A stretch of 64,000 nucleotides of DNA, taken from positions 32,001 to 96,000 of IMG/VR virus record IMGVR_UViG_3300027793_000055; one strand, 5' to 3'. Source of the stretch: a virus. This document shows positions 18,538 through 28,540 of the stretch, piece after piece. Under the pieces are notes generated by a model that saw only the letters and a program-made list of their open reading frames with translations, made no database searches and had not been told where the DNA came from. A program made the position numbers and the translations under genes. The stretch's first letter is position 1. Every line of letters begins with the position of its first letter.

Positions 18538-19376
18538 TATTTAGTTGCCTCATTTACAAATTGTTGTATTTTAAGTACTTCTGTCAACATCTGGTGATCA
18601 ACCGGTTTCTTTTTAAAAGTCTCTATTTTTTCTAATAATTTATTAGTTTTGTCAGTAAGAAAATTATTATTTTTAAATTCTTCTGTTACTAATAGATTTT
18701 CAATATTATTCCTTAAACGACCAATTTCTTCATTTAAATAAACCTTTAAACTAACTCCATCATCAGTACCAGACATAACATAAAATGAAAGAAGTTCTTT
18801 CTGTTCCTTGATTAATGTTTCACCATATTTCTCATTAAATTTTTTTGCAAAAGAGGTGAAAACAATATTATCAACAGACTGCATATTTTTTGAATCAGCG
18901 ACCTCTTTATTTTTAGATATTAAAGAAGTTAACAAAGTCTGTTCAAGTAAAATTCTTTCTTTAACAGGTGCTCTCTTATTGAAAATTTGATAAATTGTTG
19001 CTAAATTTTTATAATCTGGTAAAAAATTATTAAAAACATTTGGTGTAACTGATTTATTTATTTTAGCTATTAATTTAGATTGTTCGCTGTAAATCTCTTC
19101 TTCATCTAGCTGAGAATATAGACGTACAGCCTCCTGAATTAACCTTTCGGCCAATTTAGGCTCCAAGTCAGAACTTTCATTTAATATAGAATAAAGTTGA
19201 AGTTCTTTTTGTAACGGTTTATCGGATGCAAAAAACTCTTTACAAATAGATACAATTGTATTTTTTGTTTTATTATCTTTGTTGACAACTGCTCTAGTTA
19301 ATTCTTTTACTAAACTTTCATATAAAAAAGCTGTATTACGCTTTTTATTGTGCTTTAGTTTGCTTTTTTCTTGCAT
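18537..19376 (-). CDS. Portal-adjacent hypothetical protein (possible prohead core)
   Basis: KHNKKRNTAFLYESL start; position next to portal. Confidence 0.55.
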   Translation of the reverse strand: MQEKSKLKHNKKRNTAFLYESLVKELTRAVVNKDNKTKNTIVSICKEFFASDKPLQKELQLYSILNESSDLEPKLAERLIQEAVRLYSQLDEEEIYSEQSKLIAKINKSVTPNVFNNFLPDYKNLATIYQIFNKRAPVKERILLEQTLLTSLISKNKEVADSKNMQSVDNIVFTSFAKKFNEKYGETLIKEQKELLSFYVMSGTDDGVSLKVYLNEEIGRLRNNIENLLVTEEFKNNNFLTDKTNKLLEKIETFKKKPVDHQMLTEVLKIQQFVNEATK

Positions 19377-21387
19377 CTTTTCTCTCCAATTCTGTAATTA
19401 GATCTTTTATTTTCTTATTATTTTCTAATATTAGTTTTTCTTCTTGTTTATCATAATTAGAATCATTTTTAATACCTTCCTCGAAAGGTACTTTGGTTAA
19501 ACTTTTCATATCTGAATAACCTTTAAATACATTGCGTACAGTATTTGAAGCTAGATTGGTATTGCCCAAAGAATGCATTCTTTGCTGACGACCAGTTCTT
19601 TTATCATATGGCTCTGGTTCATACCATTTTCCTTTTGATTTGTTGGTAGTTGTAGAACCATCATTTGCTTCAAATTTAAGAACCTTGACCGGCTCATCTT
19701 CACGTCTTGCTGGTGGGGTTACTAATAGTGGACCAGGTTCTTCGCCTGTTTCACCTGTTTCTGCAGATTCAGGAGAGGATTCTTCTGGTGTTGCAGTTTC
19801 CTCTGGTTCAGCGGTTGGCTCCTCGGTTGGTGTCTCTGCACCTTCTTCTGGTGCAAATTGACTTAAATCAGAACCACCAGATCCAGCACCAGATTCATCA
19901 ACAACTGCTTCCGCTTCCTTATCTAACATAGTTGATACTTTTCGATCATAGAACAGTTCACGTTGATTACGTAGGAAGTCTTCTTCACTCATACCAAATA
20001 GATTCTTGGCAATCCATCGTTTACTAAAGAAATTTTCAGTTGCAGAACCAGCAACATCAAATTTGGTTTTCCAGTGTTCTAATTCTTGCAATTCAGCAAT
20101 CTTTGATGGATTATTAAGTGATATTTTGTGACCCAATAGGTCATCGCCACGATATCCAAGTACATAAAGATGTACAACGCCAATCTTTTCTAGTTCTGTG
20201 ACAACTGAACGTTGTAGTCTTTGTATTGTTCTTGCAAATCTTACATCTTTTTGTGAAAGTGTTGTTTTATCTTCTTCTCCACCTTCACCACGTGCGAGAT
20301 ATGACTGTGGTACTTTAATTGCTGAAAACAGTTTATCTCGTAGATATTTAACGTCTTCAATGTCACCGGTATAAGTACCACCGGGAAGGCTTTCTATTTT
20401 TGTATTTGATGTAGCACCACGAACTGGTAAGAAGTAATCTTCTTCAATACTCATAGGATTATAACGTAAATCAACACGACCGGTTTTATCATCAATAACC
20501 TGATTGCGTTTCATAGTTGAAACAATTTTTTGCATATATTGTTCAACATCGTTTGGATCTATATTTCCTACATCTACATAAAAAACACGTCTTTCTGGAG
20601 AGCGTACAATTCGATAAGCCATCATCGCATCTTCCAGAAGAGTTAATTGTCGCCATATACGCCGCGCCGGCTCTAAAACACTTGTTCCATATGGCGCATA
20701 ACGGTCATTACCAAGAATACGGAAATGTCCCATTTGCCAATTTTCAAAAGTCATACCAGCTGAATTCCATTGGTATTGAACATAATTTGGATTTGTTGGA
20801 TCTTGACCTTCCAATCTTTCAACTTCATGAGGCGGAAGACCAATTACATTTTTAATACCAATTTCTTCATCTATATCAAGATATAAGAAGAAGTCGCCGT
20901 ATTTAACCATATTACGACACCAGCCAAATAGGTTAAATTCAACATTTAAAATATTATGATATAGATTAATTAAAATGTTTTTAATTTCTTCATTATCGCA
21001 GTCAACAATCAACATTTTCTGCAGCTTGCTCCAAGTGGTCATTTCATCTGCATATATGTCTAATGCCGAAGCTAATTCTGGGGTAAATTCCATTTGATCA
21101 AATTCTGCATATCTTTCACCACGATTATGATTTTTCATCATATTTGTGTGAATGAATTCAAATGGATTATAATCTGTTTTTTGAAAAGCTTTACCAGAAG
21201 CCGATTTAAAGTCGTATTTATCTAAGTCTTTTCGTTTTTCTTGACGATAAAACTGTGCACGTTTATTAACTATAGGACCAGAAAGAAGTCTGGTTAATCT
21301 CTTAAATAATTGAGATTCTGGATTTCTATTGTTATTTGTTTTAACGGTACCACCGGTATAGTTATATTTATTCGAATTATTCGGCAT
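19345..21387 (-). CDS. gp20: Portal protein (gp20-like)
   Basis: ALDIYADE, YRIVRSPERRVFYVDVGN, EEDYFLPVRG, DVRFARTIQRLQ. Confidence 0.95.
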   Translation of the reverse strand: MPNNSNKYNYTGGTVKTNNNRNPESQLFKRLTRLLSGPIVNKRAQFYRQEKRKDLDKYDFKSASGKAFQKTDYNPFEFIHTNMMKNHNRGERYAEFDQMEFTPELASALDIYADEMTTWSKLQKMLIVDCDNEEIKNILINLYHNILNVEFNLFGWCRNMVKYGDFFLYLDIDEEIGIKNVIGLPPHEVERLEGQDPTNPNYVQYQWNSAGMTFENWQMGHFRILGNDRYAPYGTSVLEPARRIWRQLTLLEDAMMAYRIVRSPERRVFYVDVGNIDPNDVEQYMQKIVSTMKRNQVIDDKTGRVDLRYNPMSIEEDYFLPVRGATSNTKIESLPGGTYTGDIEDVKYLRDKLFSAIKVPQSYLARGEGGEEDKTTLSQKDVRFARTIQRLQRSVVTELEKIGVVHLYVLGYRGDDLLGHKISLNNPSKIAELQELEHWKTKFDVAGSATENFFSKRWIAKNLFGMSEEDFLRNQRELFYDRKVSTMLDKEAEAVVDESGAGSGGSDLSQFAPEEGAETPTEEPTAEPEETATPEESSPESAETGETGEEPGPLLVTPPARREDEPVKVLKFEANDGSTTTNKSKGKWYEPEPYDKRTGRQQRMHSLGNTNLASNTVRNVFKGYSDMKSLTKVPFEEGIKNDSNYDKQEEKLILENNKKIKDLITELERKDARKKQTKAQ

Positions 21388-21390
21388 TGT

Positions 21391-22983
21391 TTATCCCTTT
21401 ATTAACCAAAGTAGATCTCGGTATTTTTGTTTTAAGTCCTCGGAATAAGGATCAAAAGCTTGATTCTGTTTATATCCTGCTTGTCCTTGTACCAAGGTGG
21501 TCATTTTTGAATTAGCTTTCATAATAGAGCCTAAAATGGCTTTTGTATAGGCTGATTCGCGTTTATTTGCTGTTAAAGCAGTATCACTAATCCAACAAGC
21601 AATAGCCATTGACATTACAAGATCGTCGTGATAACCACGCATAGCTTCTGGTCTTCCATTGTTCCAAACAAACGTTTCAAATTCTTGATATAGTCGACCA
21701 GACTTAATTTTAATAACTTTATTTCTAACAAACTCTTCCATTTTTGCAATAATTAATGGACGAGTTTTGGAACTGGTCGTGAAACCAGGAACTGTATTAT
21801 TTTGAAATTCTGCTGTATTTTGTTCAACATACTCATGGGTTGACTTAACAGAAAAATATAAATTTGGGTATTCCATCTCTATAAGTTTTTCTAATACGTT
21901 ATAACCAACGTTATTGTTTTCTACAACTAATAAACAATTGTTATATTCTCTGCCAACAGAATTAAGCATCGAGGCAAACATTTCAAGTACAGGTTTTCCT
22001 TGATATTCTGCTACCTGTTCCATAGTATCTAAACGTATAACGTGAAATACTGAATTATCACCACCATCACCACGTGCAACGTCTGCAATCATTGTATAAG
22101 AAACTCCATTTTGTGGCTGTTCCCATATCCAATAATTTCTATCGAAGCCTGTTTTATATACTGGCTCTATAATTTCGTCCTTAAGCTCAACCATATTATC
22201 TGGATGGATAACTGTATCGCCAGATGCATTAAAAGCACATTCGAATTCTTGAGCAATCTCTCGACGAGACATACTCTTTGTCTGCTCTTGAAACCACTGT
22301 GGTGTATAATCAGGATGTACATTCCAAGGTAATTTTATTGGATAAAAATTATTAATTCCATTCTCTGCATCAGTGTATGTTTTATAAAACCAGTTACCAA
22401 CACCATTTGGTGTACTCAAAGCAATACAGCGACCACCGGTTGAAATTGTTGGAAAAATACCAGTCCACAATTCTTCCATATTTTCAACGTGTGCAGCCTC
22501 GTCTATAATCAATAATGAAAGAGCTTCAGAACGACCGGCATCACTTTTTGATGTTGTTGATGCTTTAATATTTGAGCCATTAGAAAGTTCAAAAGAAGTT
22601 TGGTTATCTACTGTTATTTGAGCTATACGTAACCAGTCTGGTATACTTTTCATCATCTTCTTGACTTTTGAAGCTAAGTTAGCAGCTGTTTTAAATTTAG
22701 TTGCCAGTACAAGCACCGTCTTTTCACGACGGAATAACATTAGCCAAGTAGCATAGCCAGCTACAATTGTTGAAATACCAAGCTGTCTGGCTTTTAAAAT
22801 AACACTAAAACGATGATCATTGAAATCATTTAATAATTCATCTTGATAATCAAAGGTACTAAATGGTATTTGACCTTTTAATGCATGTGTAATTTTTACG
22901 TAATTCTTAAGGAAATAAATTGGATCATTTCCACATTTACGTATTTCTTCTTTGACGGCTTCTTTTGTTAATTTATATGCCAT
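21391..22983 (-). CDS. gp17: Terminase large subunit (gp17-like)
   Basis: KARQLGIST, LLIIDEAA, STPNG, ADVARGDG, HDDLVM. Confidence 0.95.
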   Translation of the reverse strand: MAYKLTKEAVKEEIRKCGNDPIYFLKNYVKITHALKGQIPFSTFDYQDELLNDFNDHRFSVILKARQLGISTIVAGYATWLMLFRREKTVLVLATKFKTAANLASKVKKMMKSIPDWLRIAQITVDNQTSFELSNGSNIKASTTSKSDAGRSEALSLLIIDEAAHVENMEELWTGIFPTISTGGRCIALSTPNGVGNWFYKTYTDAENGINNFYPIKLPWNVHPDYTPQWFQEQTKSMSRREIAQEFECAFNASGDTVIHPDNMVELKDEIIEPVYKTGFDRNYWIWEQPQNGVSYTMIADVARGDGGDNSVFHVIRLDTMEQVAEYQGKPVLEMFASMLNSVGREYNNCLLVVENNNVGYNVLEKLIEMEYPNLYFSVKSTHEYVEQNTAEFQNNTVPGFTTSSKTRPLIIAKMEEFVRNKVIKIKSGRLYQEFETFVWNNGRPEAMRGYHDDLVMSMAIACWISDTALTANKRESAYTKAILGSIMKANSKMTTLVQGQAGYKQNQAFDPYSEDLKQKYRDLLWLIKG

Positions 22984-22987
22984 AAAA

Positions 22988-23020
22988 TAAAAAACCCAAC
23001 TATTTTAAATAGTTGGGTTT
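22988..23020 (-). terminator. Hairpin terminator containing the promoter motif
   Basis: 12-bp stem AAACCCAACTAT/ATAGTTGGGTTT followed by T run; includes ACTATTTA. Confidence 0.7.
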
Positions 23021-23040
23021 CTAGCTTAATTTAAGGGGTT

Positions 23041-23514
23041 TTATTTGATACCCTCTTTTTTCTTAATATCCATCACACAACGTTCGTATTTCGCTTCATC
23101 TTCTCTGCCAACTTGTGCAGTACATACTGCCCAAGGATTTACTTTTTTTTCTTGTAAAACGGCATCTAATTCTTCTGATACAATAGATTCTATTTCGTCT
23201 AAACCAACTTCTTCTTGTTCCGGTGTCATTTGATCACTTTGTTCGGCCATTTGGCCTTCTAGGAAATGTTTTACATCACCCATCATAGCAGCGCATTTTG
23301 TAATCTTTGATTGAACCCAAGCTGGTAATTGATCATCATTTTGCAGCATATTTCCTAATTCTACAGCATAATTACCAATTTTAAAAAGTTCACCTCTTGC
23401 CATTCCGCCTTCTTCGTCTGGCTCACCAAACATATCTGGTGCGGATTCTTCTTTACGAAGAGCTTCCATCTCTTCTTTAATAATTTCTTTTAAACGTTGC
23501 TGAGTGATTTTCAT
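23041..23514 (-). CDS. Acidic hypothetical protein, candidate internal head protein
   Basis: MKITQQRLKEIIKEE; LPAWVQSKIT. Confidence 0.55.
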   Translation of the reverse strand: MKITQQRLKEIIKEEMEALRKEESAPDMFGEPDEEGGMARGELFKIGNYAVELGNMLQNDDQLPAWVQSKITKCAAMMGDVKHFLEGQMAEQSDQMTPEQEEVGLDEIESIVSEELDAVLQEKKVNPWAVCTAQVGREDEAKYERCVMDIKKKEGIK

Positions 23515-24089
23515 TTCTCATTTTCTCCGGACTTTTTTCTAGTATCGTTTTGTGGCTTTTTGGTACCAGGAAAACTATCTTTACCGGTGGCCATCATTTT
23601 ATCTACTTGTTTGTCTAGATCTTTTAATAAAGGTTCTTCTGTTTTTACTTCCTCGCCACCTGTGATTTCATAATTGCACATACCTTTTAGGTTTGTACGA
23701 ACCATTGAAACAGCTTCAACTTCATACTGGATTTTACCCTTCATTTTTAAAGTAAGAGTAGAACCGGTTATATTCTTAAATTCTTTCTTTAAGAAGGCGA
23801 CTATTTCCTGAATACGATCTTCGATTTCTTCTTCTAGTTTGTTTTCCAAAGCAGCTAATTTATGTCGAGCCATCATTTGTAGATGATAGGTGACACATAA
23901 TTCCTTTGGACTACGAACCTTAACAGTAAAACCGTCAATTGTACGCATGGTACGAGGATCAAGTAGTTCATTGTCCCGATCTAGACCGGTTTTTAATGGT
24001 TTACCATCTTTATCCTTGGCACCATCATAAGCATTAGCAGCTGCCTGCTTAATACCTTTAACTAATTCTTCAACAGATATAGCTGCCAT
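23511..24089 (-). CDS. Hypothetical protein
   Basis: 192-aa coupled ORF. Confidence 0.55.
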   Translation of the reverse strand: MAAISVEELVKGIKQAAANAYDGAKDKDGKPLKTGLDRDNELLDPRTMRTIDGFTVKVRSPKELCVTYHLQMMARHKLAALENKLEEEIEDRIQEIVAFLKKEFKNITGSTLTLKMKGKIQYEVEAVSMVRTNLKGMCNYEITGGEEVKTEEPLLKDLDKQVDKMMATGKDSFPGTKKPQNDTRKKSGENEK

Positions 24090-24096
24090 TTAAAGT

Positions 24097-24309
24097 TCAC
24101 TCCTGTTCAGCGTTTCTAGCTTCTTTAGTTTCTGAAACTAGTTTTCTGATATCCTTTAATTGTTTAATAGCATCTTGAGCTTTTTTACGTATACGAACAC
24201 CGGCAGAAGCATTGCCATTATCAAATTTCTCTGCATCACGCATCGACAATTGTAGATCATCGATTAGTTTTTGTAATGCTTCACTTAGTTTTTGTAGGTC
24301 GCCAACCAT
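24097..24309 (-). CDS. Hc1/histone-H1-like small basic protein
   Basis: DAEKFDNGNASAGVRIRK; likely start 24309 after GAGGTG. Confidence 0.6.
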   Translation of the reverse strand: MVGDLQKLSEALQKLIDDLQLSMRDAEKFDNGNASAGVRIRKKAQDAIKQLKDIRKLVSETKEARNAEQE

Positions 24310-24673
24310 TTTTCCACCTCTCTTCCCTATCTTCAACATACTGTATGTAGCATTCCTTACAGCAGTCAAATTTTAAAATATATAGCTCATCTTCTGCTTT
24401 AAGTATGTACTTATCGCAGCAAGAGCATTTTTTATCACTCTTCTTGTTAACTAGTTTTTTTGAAATTAAAAATCCATCTTTTTCTATTTTATCTTCATTT
24501 TCTTCAAGTTTAAATAGCTTTTGTGCATTTTCTTTTGCTTGTTCTTGATATTCTTTCTCTTTTTCTGGTGTCCAATCCTGTCTTGGATTCTTGATTGCTT
24601 CTTCGCCATACTGCTTTTTAATAGCTTGTTCTAGCTTACCAATATATTCTATACTTTTTTTAGGTTCCATCAC
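24281..24673 (-). CDS. Hypothetical protein with two Cys pairs
   Basis: CSCC...CCKEC. Confidence 0.55.
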   Translation of the reverse strand: MMEPKKSIEYIGKLEQAIKKQYGEEAIKNPRQDWTPEKEKEYQEQAKENAQKLFKLEENEDKIEKDGFLISKKLVNKKSDKKCSCCDKYILKAEDELYILKFDCCKECYIQYVEDREERWKNGWRPTKTK

Positions 24674-25707
24674 TTCTCCATAAACGGATTCAAATCCTCT
24701 GTTAAATAAAGGATTGCATCTACAGTTAATACAGGACTGTCCAGTTTGTTAAATGGTAAATTAACTGCAGCACCAACTGCAAAGTTAGTTTTTACAAATG
24801 GTGGAACAAAATGATAATTTAATCCAACACCAAGTCTTGAATTTTGTAAACTACCCTTTAATGGTTCTGAAACATCAGCTGATACTTTTCCATATACTCC
24901 AATATTAGCATAATCAATATATCTACCTAAATTAGCTACTTCAAAACCAATTCCTGGCTGTAATGCAATATCAAATGTTGCTAATGGTCTAAATGTAAAC
25001 ACATCAACTAATTTCTTTTGTTTTTCTTCCAACTTCTCATTTACGTATTTAAATTCACTTTCTTTAATAGAAACAGAAGAATCTGGTATTAAATTACCTT
25101 CGCTATCTACTTCATCTATTGATACTCGACGAACCTGAATATTTCCTGTTTTATCCTTGAATACTTCGCCTTTTACTTTTATATTCTGAGAATAAGAGAA
25201 TCTTTCGTTGTTTTTAACAAATATATCTGGATCATCAAGTCTGAAACGTTTTAAAGTATCCTCCCAGAAATAATCAACAACCGGTTGCTTTTCTGATGGT
25301 AAGCCGGGACAAACAACTGTTCCGGTACCAGAATTACCACCATTCAATTTGCCACGTAATGTGGCAATTGTACGATCACGACTTCTTATATCTAAATTAT
25401 ACTTCTCTCGTTCCTTCTCAAAGTCTTTATCTTTATCTGTTAACTGTCTCTTGTACTGTTCAGTTAGTTCTTTTTGTGTAACTAACTGTGAATCAGCCAA
25501 ACCTAAACTTTTATTAAAGTTTAAGATTTCTAGTTCATGATTTTTTTTAGTAGCTTCTAACTGTAAAGTTAATGCATTTACTTTTTTATTTTGTTCATTT
25601 AACGTAACACCTAAAAATAATATAAACAATATAAGACAAAAAACCACACCAACAGAAAAAAAGGCTAAAAGCCTTTTATTTCTTTCTATTATATTCCATC
25701 GGTTCAT
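24670..25707 (-). CDS. Membrane-anchored coiled-coil protein, spanin-like candidate
   Basis: N-terminal TM, coiled coil, C-terminal alternating beta-strands; next to holin-like gene. Confidence 0.45.
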   Translation of the reverse strand: MNRWNIIERNKRLLAFFSVGVVFCLILFILFLGVTLNEQNKKVNALTLQLEATKKNHELEILNFNKSLGLADSQLVTQKELTEQYKRQLTDKDKDFEKEREKYNLDIRSRDRTIATLRGKLNGGNSGTGTVVCPGLPSEKQPVVDYFWEDTLKRFRLDDPDIFVKNNERFSYSQNIKVKGEVFKDKTGNIQVRRVSIDEVDSEGNLIPDSSVSIKESEFKYVNEKLEEKQKKLVDVFTFRPLATFDIALQPGIGFEVANLGRYIDYANIGVYGKVSADVSEPLKGSLQNSRLGVGLNYHFVPPFVKTNFAVGAAVNLPFNKLDSPVLTVDAILYLTEDLNPFMEK

Positions 25708-25937
25708 TCTTGCACCGTGCCACCTTTCGCTTTTAAATAATTAATTACAAAGTTACTTGCTGCTTGTGAACCAATATATACCATACTCAATTGCATCCAC
25801 TGTTCACCAGTAATATAGCCAAGTGGTACACCAATTGTACCAATAAACCAAACAAGTAACTTTCTACTTATAATCTTCTGTAAACCTCTGTCAACGACAG
25901 CGTTTCTTATCATTAATTTTGTTTCATCTGACATCAT
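25704..25937 (-). CDS. Small two-TM holin-like protein
   Basis: SRKLLVW...WMQLSMVYIGSQ; start refined using GAGGTG RBS. Confidence 0.45.
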   Translation of the reverse strand: MMSDETKLMIRNAVVDRGLQKIISRKLLVWFIGTIGVPLGYITGEQWMQLSMVYIGSQAASNFVINYLKAKGGTVQE

Positions 25938-25945
25938 TAAGCACC

Positions 25946-28540
25946 TCAAATATTCACCTTGGCAAAGCCACCGGATGATTCAATAATTATCTGTTCATCA
26001 ACAATATCTTTTAGTGCATCAAGATGTGAAATAAGAATAATTGCTTTGAATTGATTTTTAATTATATCAATTATTCTTACGAAACCTTCCATGTTCTCTT
26101 CATCCAAAGCCGTTGCTGGTTCATCAAGCACAAATAAATCACCAACTGGCAAGTTACTTACTTTAATAAGTGCAAGTCTGATAGCAATTGCGGCAATACT
26201 CTTTTCTGCTCCTGAACCCAATTCAATTGGACGTGGATCATATTTTGGATGCCGGATATAGATATCAAGTTTCTTGCCATCGTCTTCAAAGAAGATCTCA
26301 AAGTTAACAATATTTGATAGAATTTTAGCTATCTCTTGATTAATAACAGGAAGTCTCTTCTTGATAATATCATAAACAATTCCATTGCTATGCATAGTTT
26401 TTAAGAATAGATCATAAGCAAGGAATTCATCACGCAAATTGGCTAATTCAACCTTTTCACGTTCAAGTGTTTCCTTTTTATTTACCAATGAACCGTGTTC
26501 ACGATAAAGTTTTTGACTATCATTTTCGCAAGCTTCTAATGATATTTGAGATAAAATAATTTTTGTATCTATCTCTTTTTGCTCCTTTTTAATTTCTAAT
26601 AATTGCAACATCCAAGCTTCATTTTCGTGGTATACTTTTTGTAGATTTTCTAAATCTACCAACTCTTTTTCACAGGATACAAGACGATTCTTTGCTTTTT
26701 CCAATTTTAACTGGAAATCAGAAATTTCTTTTTCTAAAGTATTAAGGCTTGAATTTAATTGCTCAAATTTATTGATATGTTTCTGGGTTTCATCATTTTT
26801 AATCTTTTCTTCAACCTCTTTTAAAAGAGTTTCATTCTGAAGCAATTCTTTTTCTGTTTCTGGTACTATTTCTCGCTCTTTTGCTGCATCAACAAGAAAC
26901 TTACAGGATAAAAATTTATCACCACACGGAACGTTATCAAGAATAGAAATCTTTTTCTGTTGTTCACTCTGTTGTTTCTGCAGCATTTTAACGGCAGATT
27001 CAAGAAGAACAGCGTTTTTATTAAGTTTCTCTAATTCTTTTTTATCATTCTTGAGCTTTTCGTAATCATATTTTAGTAAAGATTCACTCAATTGAGTAAT
27101 AACCGGTTGACGCTTATCAATTTCCTTCTTATATTCCAGATTTTTATTATTAATTGTTTCTATCTCATCCTTTTTAGAGGAGATATCTTTTATAAGTTTA
27201 GCAATATCAATAAATTCCTGTTTTGGACCAGAAGCAATTTTACCTTTTAGTTCTGAAAGGTGAATATGGTGGTTATGAAGTTCTTCTTTCAGTTCTCCAC
27301 ATTTTGTTTTATTACGTTCTGTAAGAATTTCATTATCAACAATATCTGTAAGTGTCTTTGAAATTTCTGCATCAAAGTCTTTTCCTTCAAGACGTTTGAT
27401 GGCACCTTTCAAAAGGGCACTTTCATCTTTTGCTAATTTAAACTTCTTATCAAAGTGTTCAAGATCAAGGAATTTACCAAGAATCTCTTTACGTTTTGTT
27501 GAACCTTCATTAATAAATGCAAGTGAACCAACCTGACTTGTCATCGAGGTCAGAAGAAAATCATCAATTGTACCAAATACTTTACGGATATTTGCATCTG
27601 TTTCATTACGATCCAGACCATTTAGACTTTCTTTTTCACCCGTTGCATTATCAATAACTGAGAAATCAAGTGAAGTTTTAGCTTCAACTGTTTCTTCACC
27701 GTGTAATTTCTTTGTGTATTTCTTAGCTTCACGAGTAATACAATAGGTCTTATTATCAATCTGAATCTCAACGTAGCCGGATGCTTCATCACGATTCTGA
27801 TTAATAATATCAACATTCTTACGAACATTCTTTGAAATAGAATTAAAGATTGTCCAAAGAATAGAATCTACAACACTTGATTTACCGCTGTAATTCTTGC
27901 CAAAGATACCAAGAACACCATTGATATTAGTAAAGTCAACACTATTACCGGTTCCGTAGTTAAAAAGATTATTCCATTCAACTTTTTTAATTTTCCAATG
28001 CACGTTACGAGCAATATCATCACTTTGCTCGGCAAGTGTATTGTATTTACGGTTGAATTCAAATACCTTTTCTAATACAGTATCATTTAGCTTGTAGTCT
28101 TTTAGATATTCACCAATAAGTTTCTCTTGGGTTGCAAGATCGCGAAGGTTTTCGTGTTCAACTTCATTTGATAACTCTTCAACAGAAATACGCTTGCCGG
28201 GTTTATTCTGAACCGTTACTGATTCGGGTTTAAATCGATTCTTAGCGATATCTACAGACTTCTTGAGTGCTTGGAGGGAAATGTGATTATTCGACACCAA
28301 ACGCAGTTTAGCGCCTTCCTGAATAGCAATATCATCTGGAATATTACCATCTGGTGTAAGTTCAACTGTAATAAACGGTGTTGGGTGTGGAATAGCAACA
28401 TGGTTTACTGAGAATGCGTCTTTATCCTCAATTTCCCAAATTAAGAAACCCTTATCATTTGTTTCACCAAAGTTCTGCTGAACAGTTGAGCCAGGATATA
28501 CAAAATATGGTTTTTTTCTAATAATTTTAATTTTAGACAT
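25946..28540 (-). CDS. sbcC: C-terminal part of SbcD/Mre11 fused to SbcC/Rad50 (gp46-like) ATPase
   Basis: YPGSTVQQNFGE..KGFL.W (Mre11 motif V region); GKNYSGKSS, Q-loop, coiled coil, GSGAEK, LDEPATALD, ISH. Confidence 0.9.
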   Translation of the reverse strand: MSKIKIIRKKPYFVYPGSTVQQNFGETNDKGFLIWEIEDKDAFSVNHVAIPHPTPFITVELTPDGNIPDDIAIQEGAKLRLVSNNHISLQALKKSVDIAKNRFKPESVTVQNKPGKRISVEELSNEVEHENLRDLATQEKLIGEYLKDYKLNDTVLEKVFEFNRKYNTLAEQSDDIARNVHWKIKKVEWNNLFNYGTGNSVDFTNINGVLGIFGKNYSGKSSVVDSILWTIFNSISKNVRKNVDIINQNRDEASGYVEIQIDNKTYCITREAKKYTKKLHGEETVEAKTSLDFSVIDNATGEKESLNGLDRNETDANIRKVFGTIDDFLLTSMTSQVGSLAFINEGSTKRKEILGKFLDLEHFDKKFKLAKDESALLKGAIKRLEGKDFDAEISKTLTDIVDNEILTERNKTKCGELKEELHNHHIHLSELKGKIASGPKQEFIDIAKLIKDISSKKDEIETINNKNLEYKKEIDKRQPVITQLSESLLKYDYEKLKNDKKELEKLNKNAVLLESAVKMLQKQQSEQQKKISILDNVPCGDKFLSCKFLVDAAKEREIVPETEKELLQNETLLKEVEEKIKNDETQKHINKFEQLNSSLNTLEKEISDFQLKLEKAKNRLVSCEKELVDLENLQKVYHENEAWMLQLLEIKKEQKEIDTKIILSQISLEACENDSQKLYREHGSLVNKKETLEREKVELANLRDEFLAYDLFLKTMHSNGIVYDIIKKRLPVINQEIAKILSNIVNFEIFFEDDGKKLDIYIRHPKYDPRPIELGSGAEKSIAAIAIRLALIKVSNLPVGDLFVLDEPATALDEENMEGFVRIIDIIKNQFKAIILISHLDALKDIVDEQIIIESSGGFAKVNI

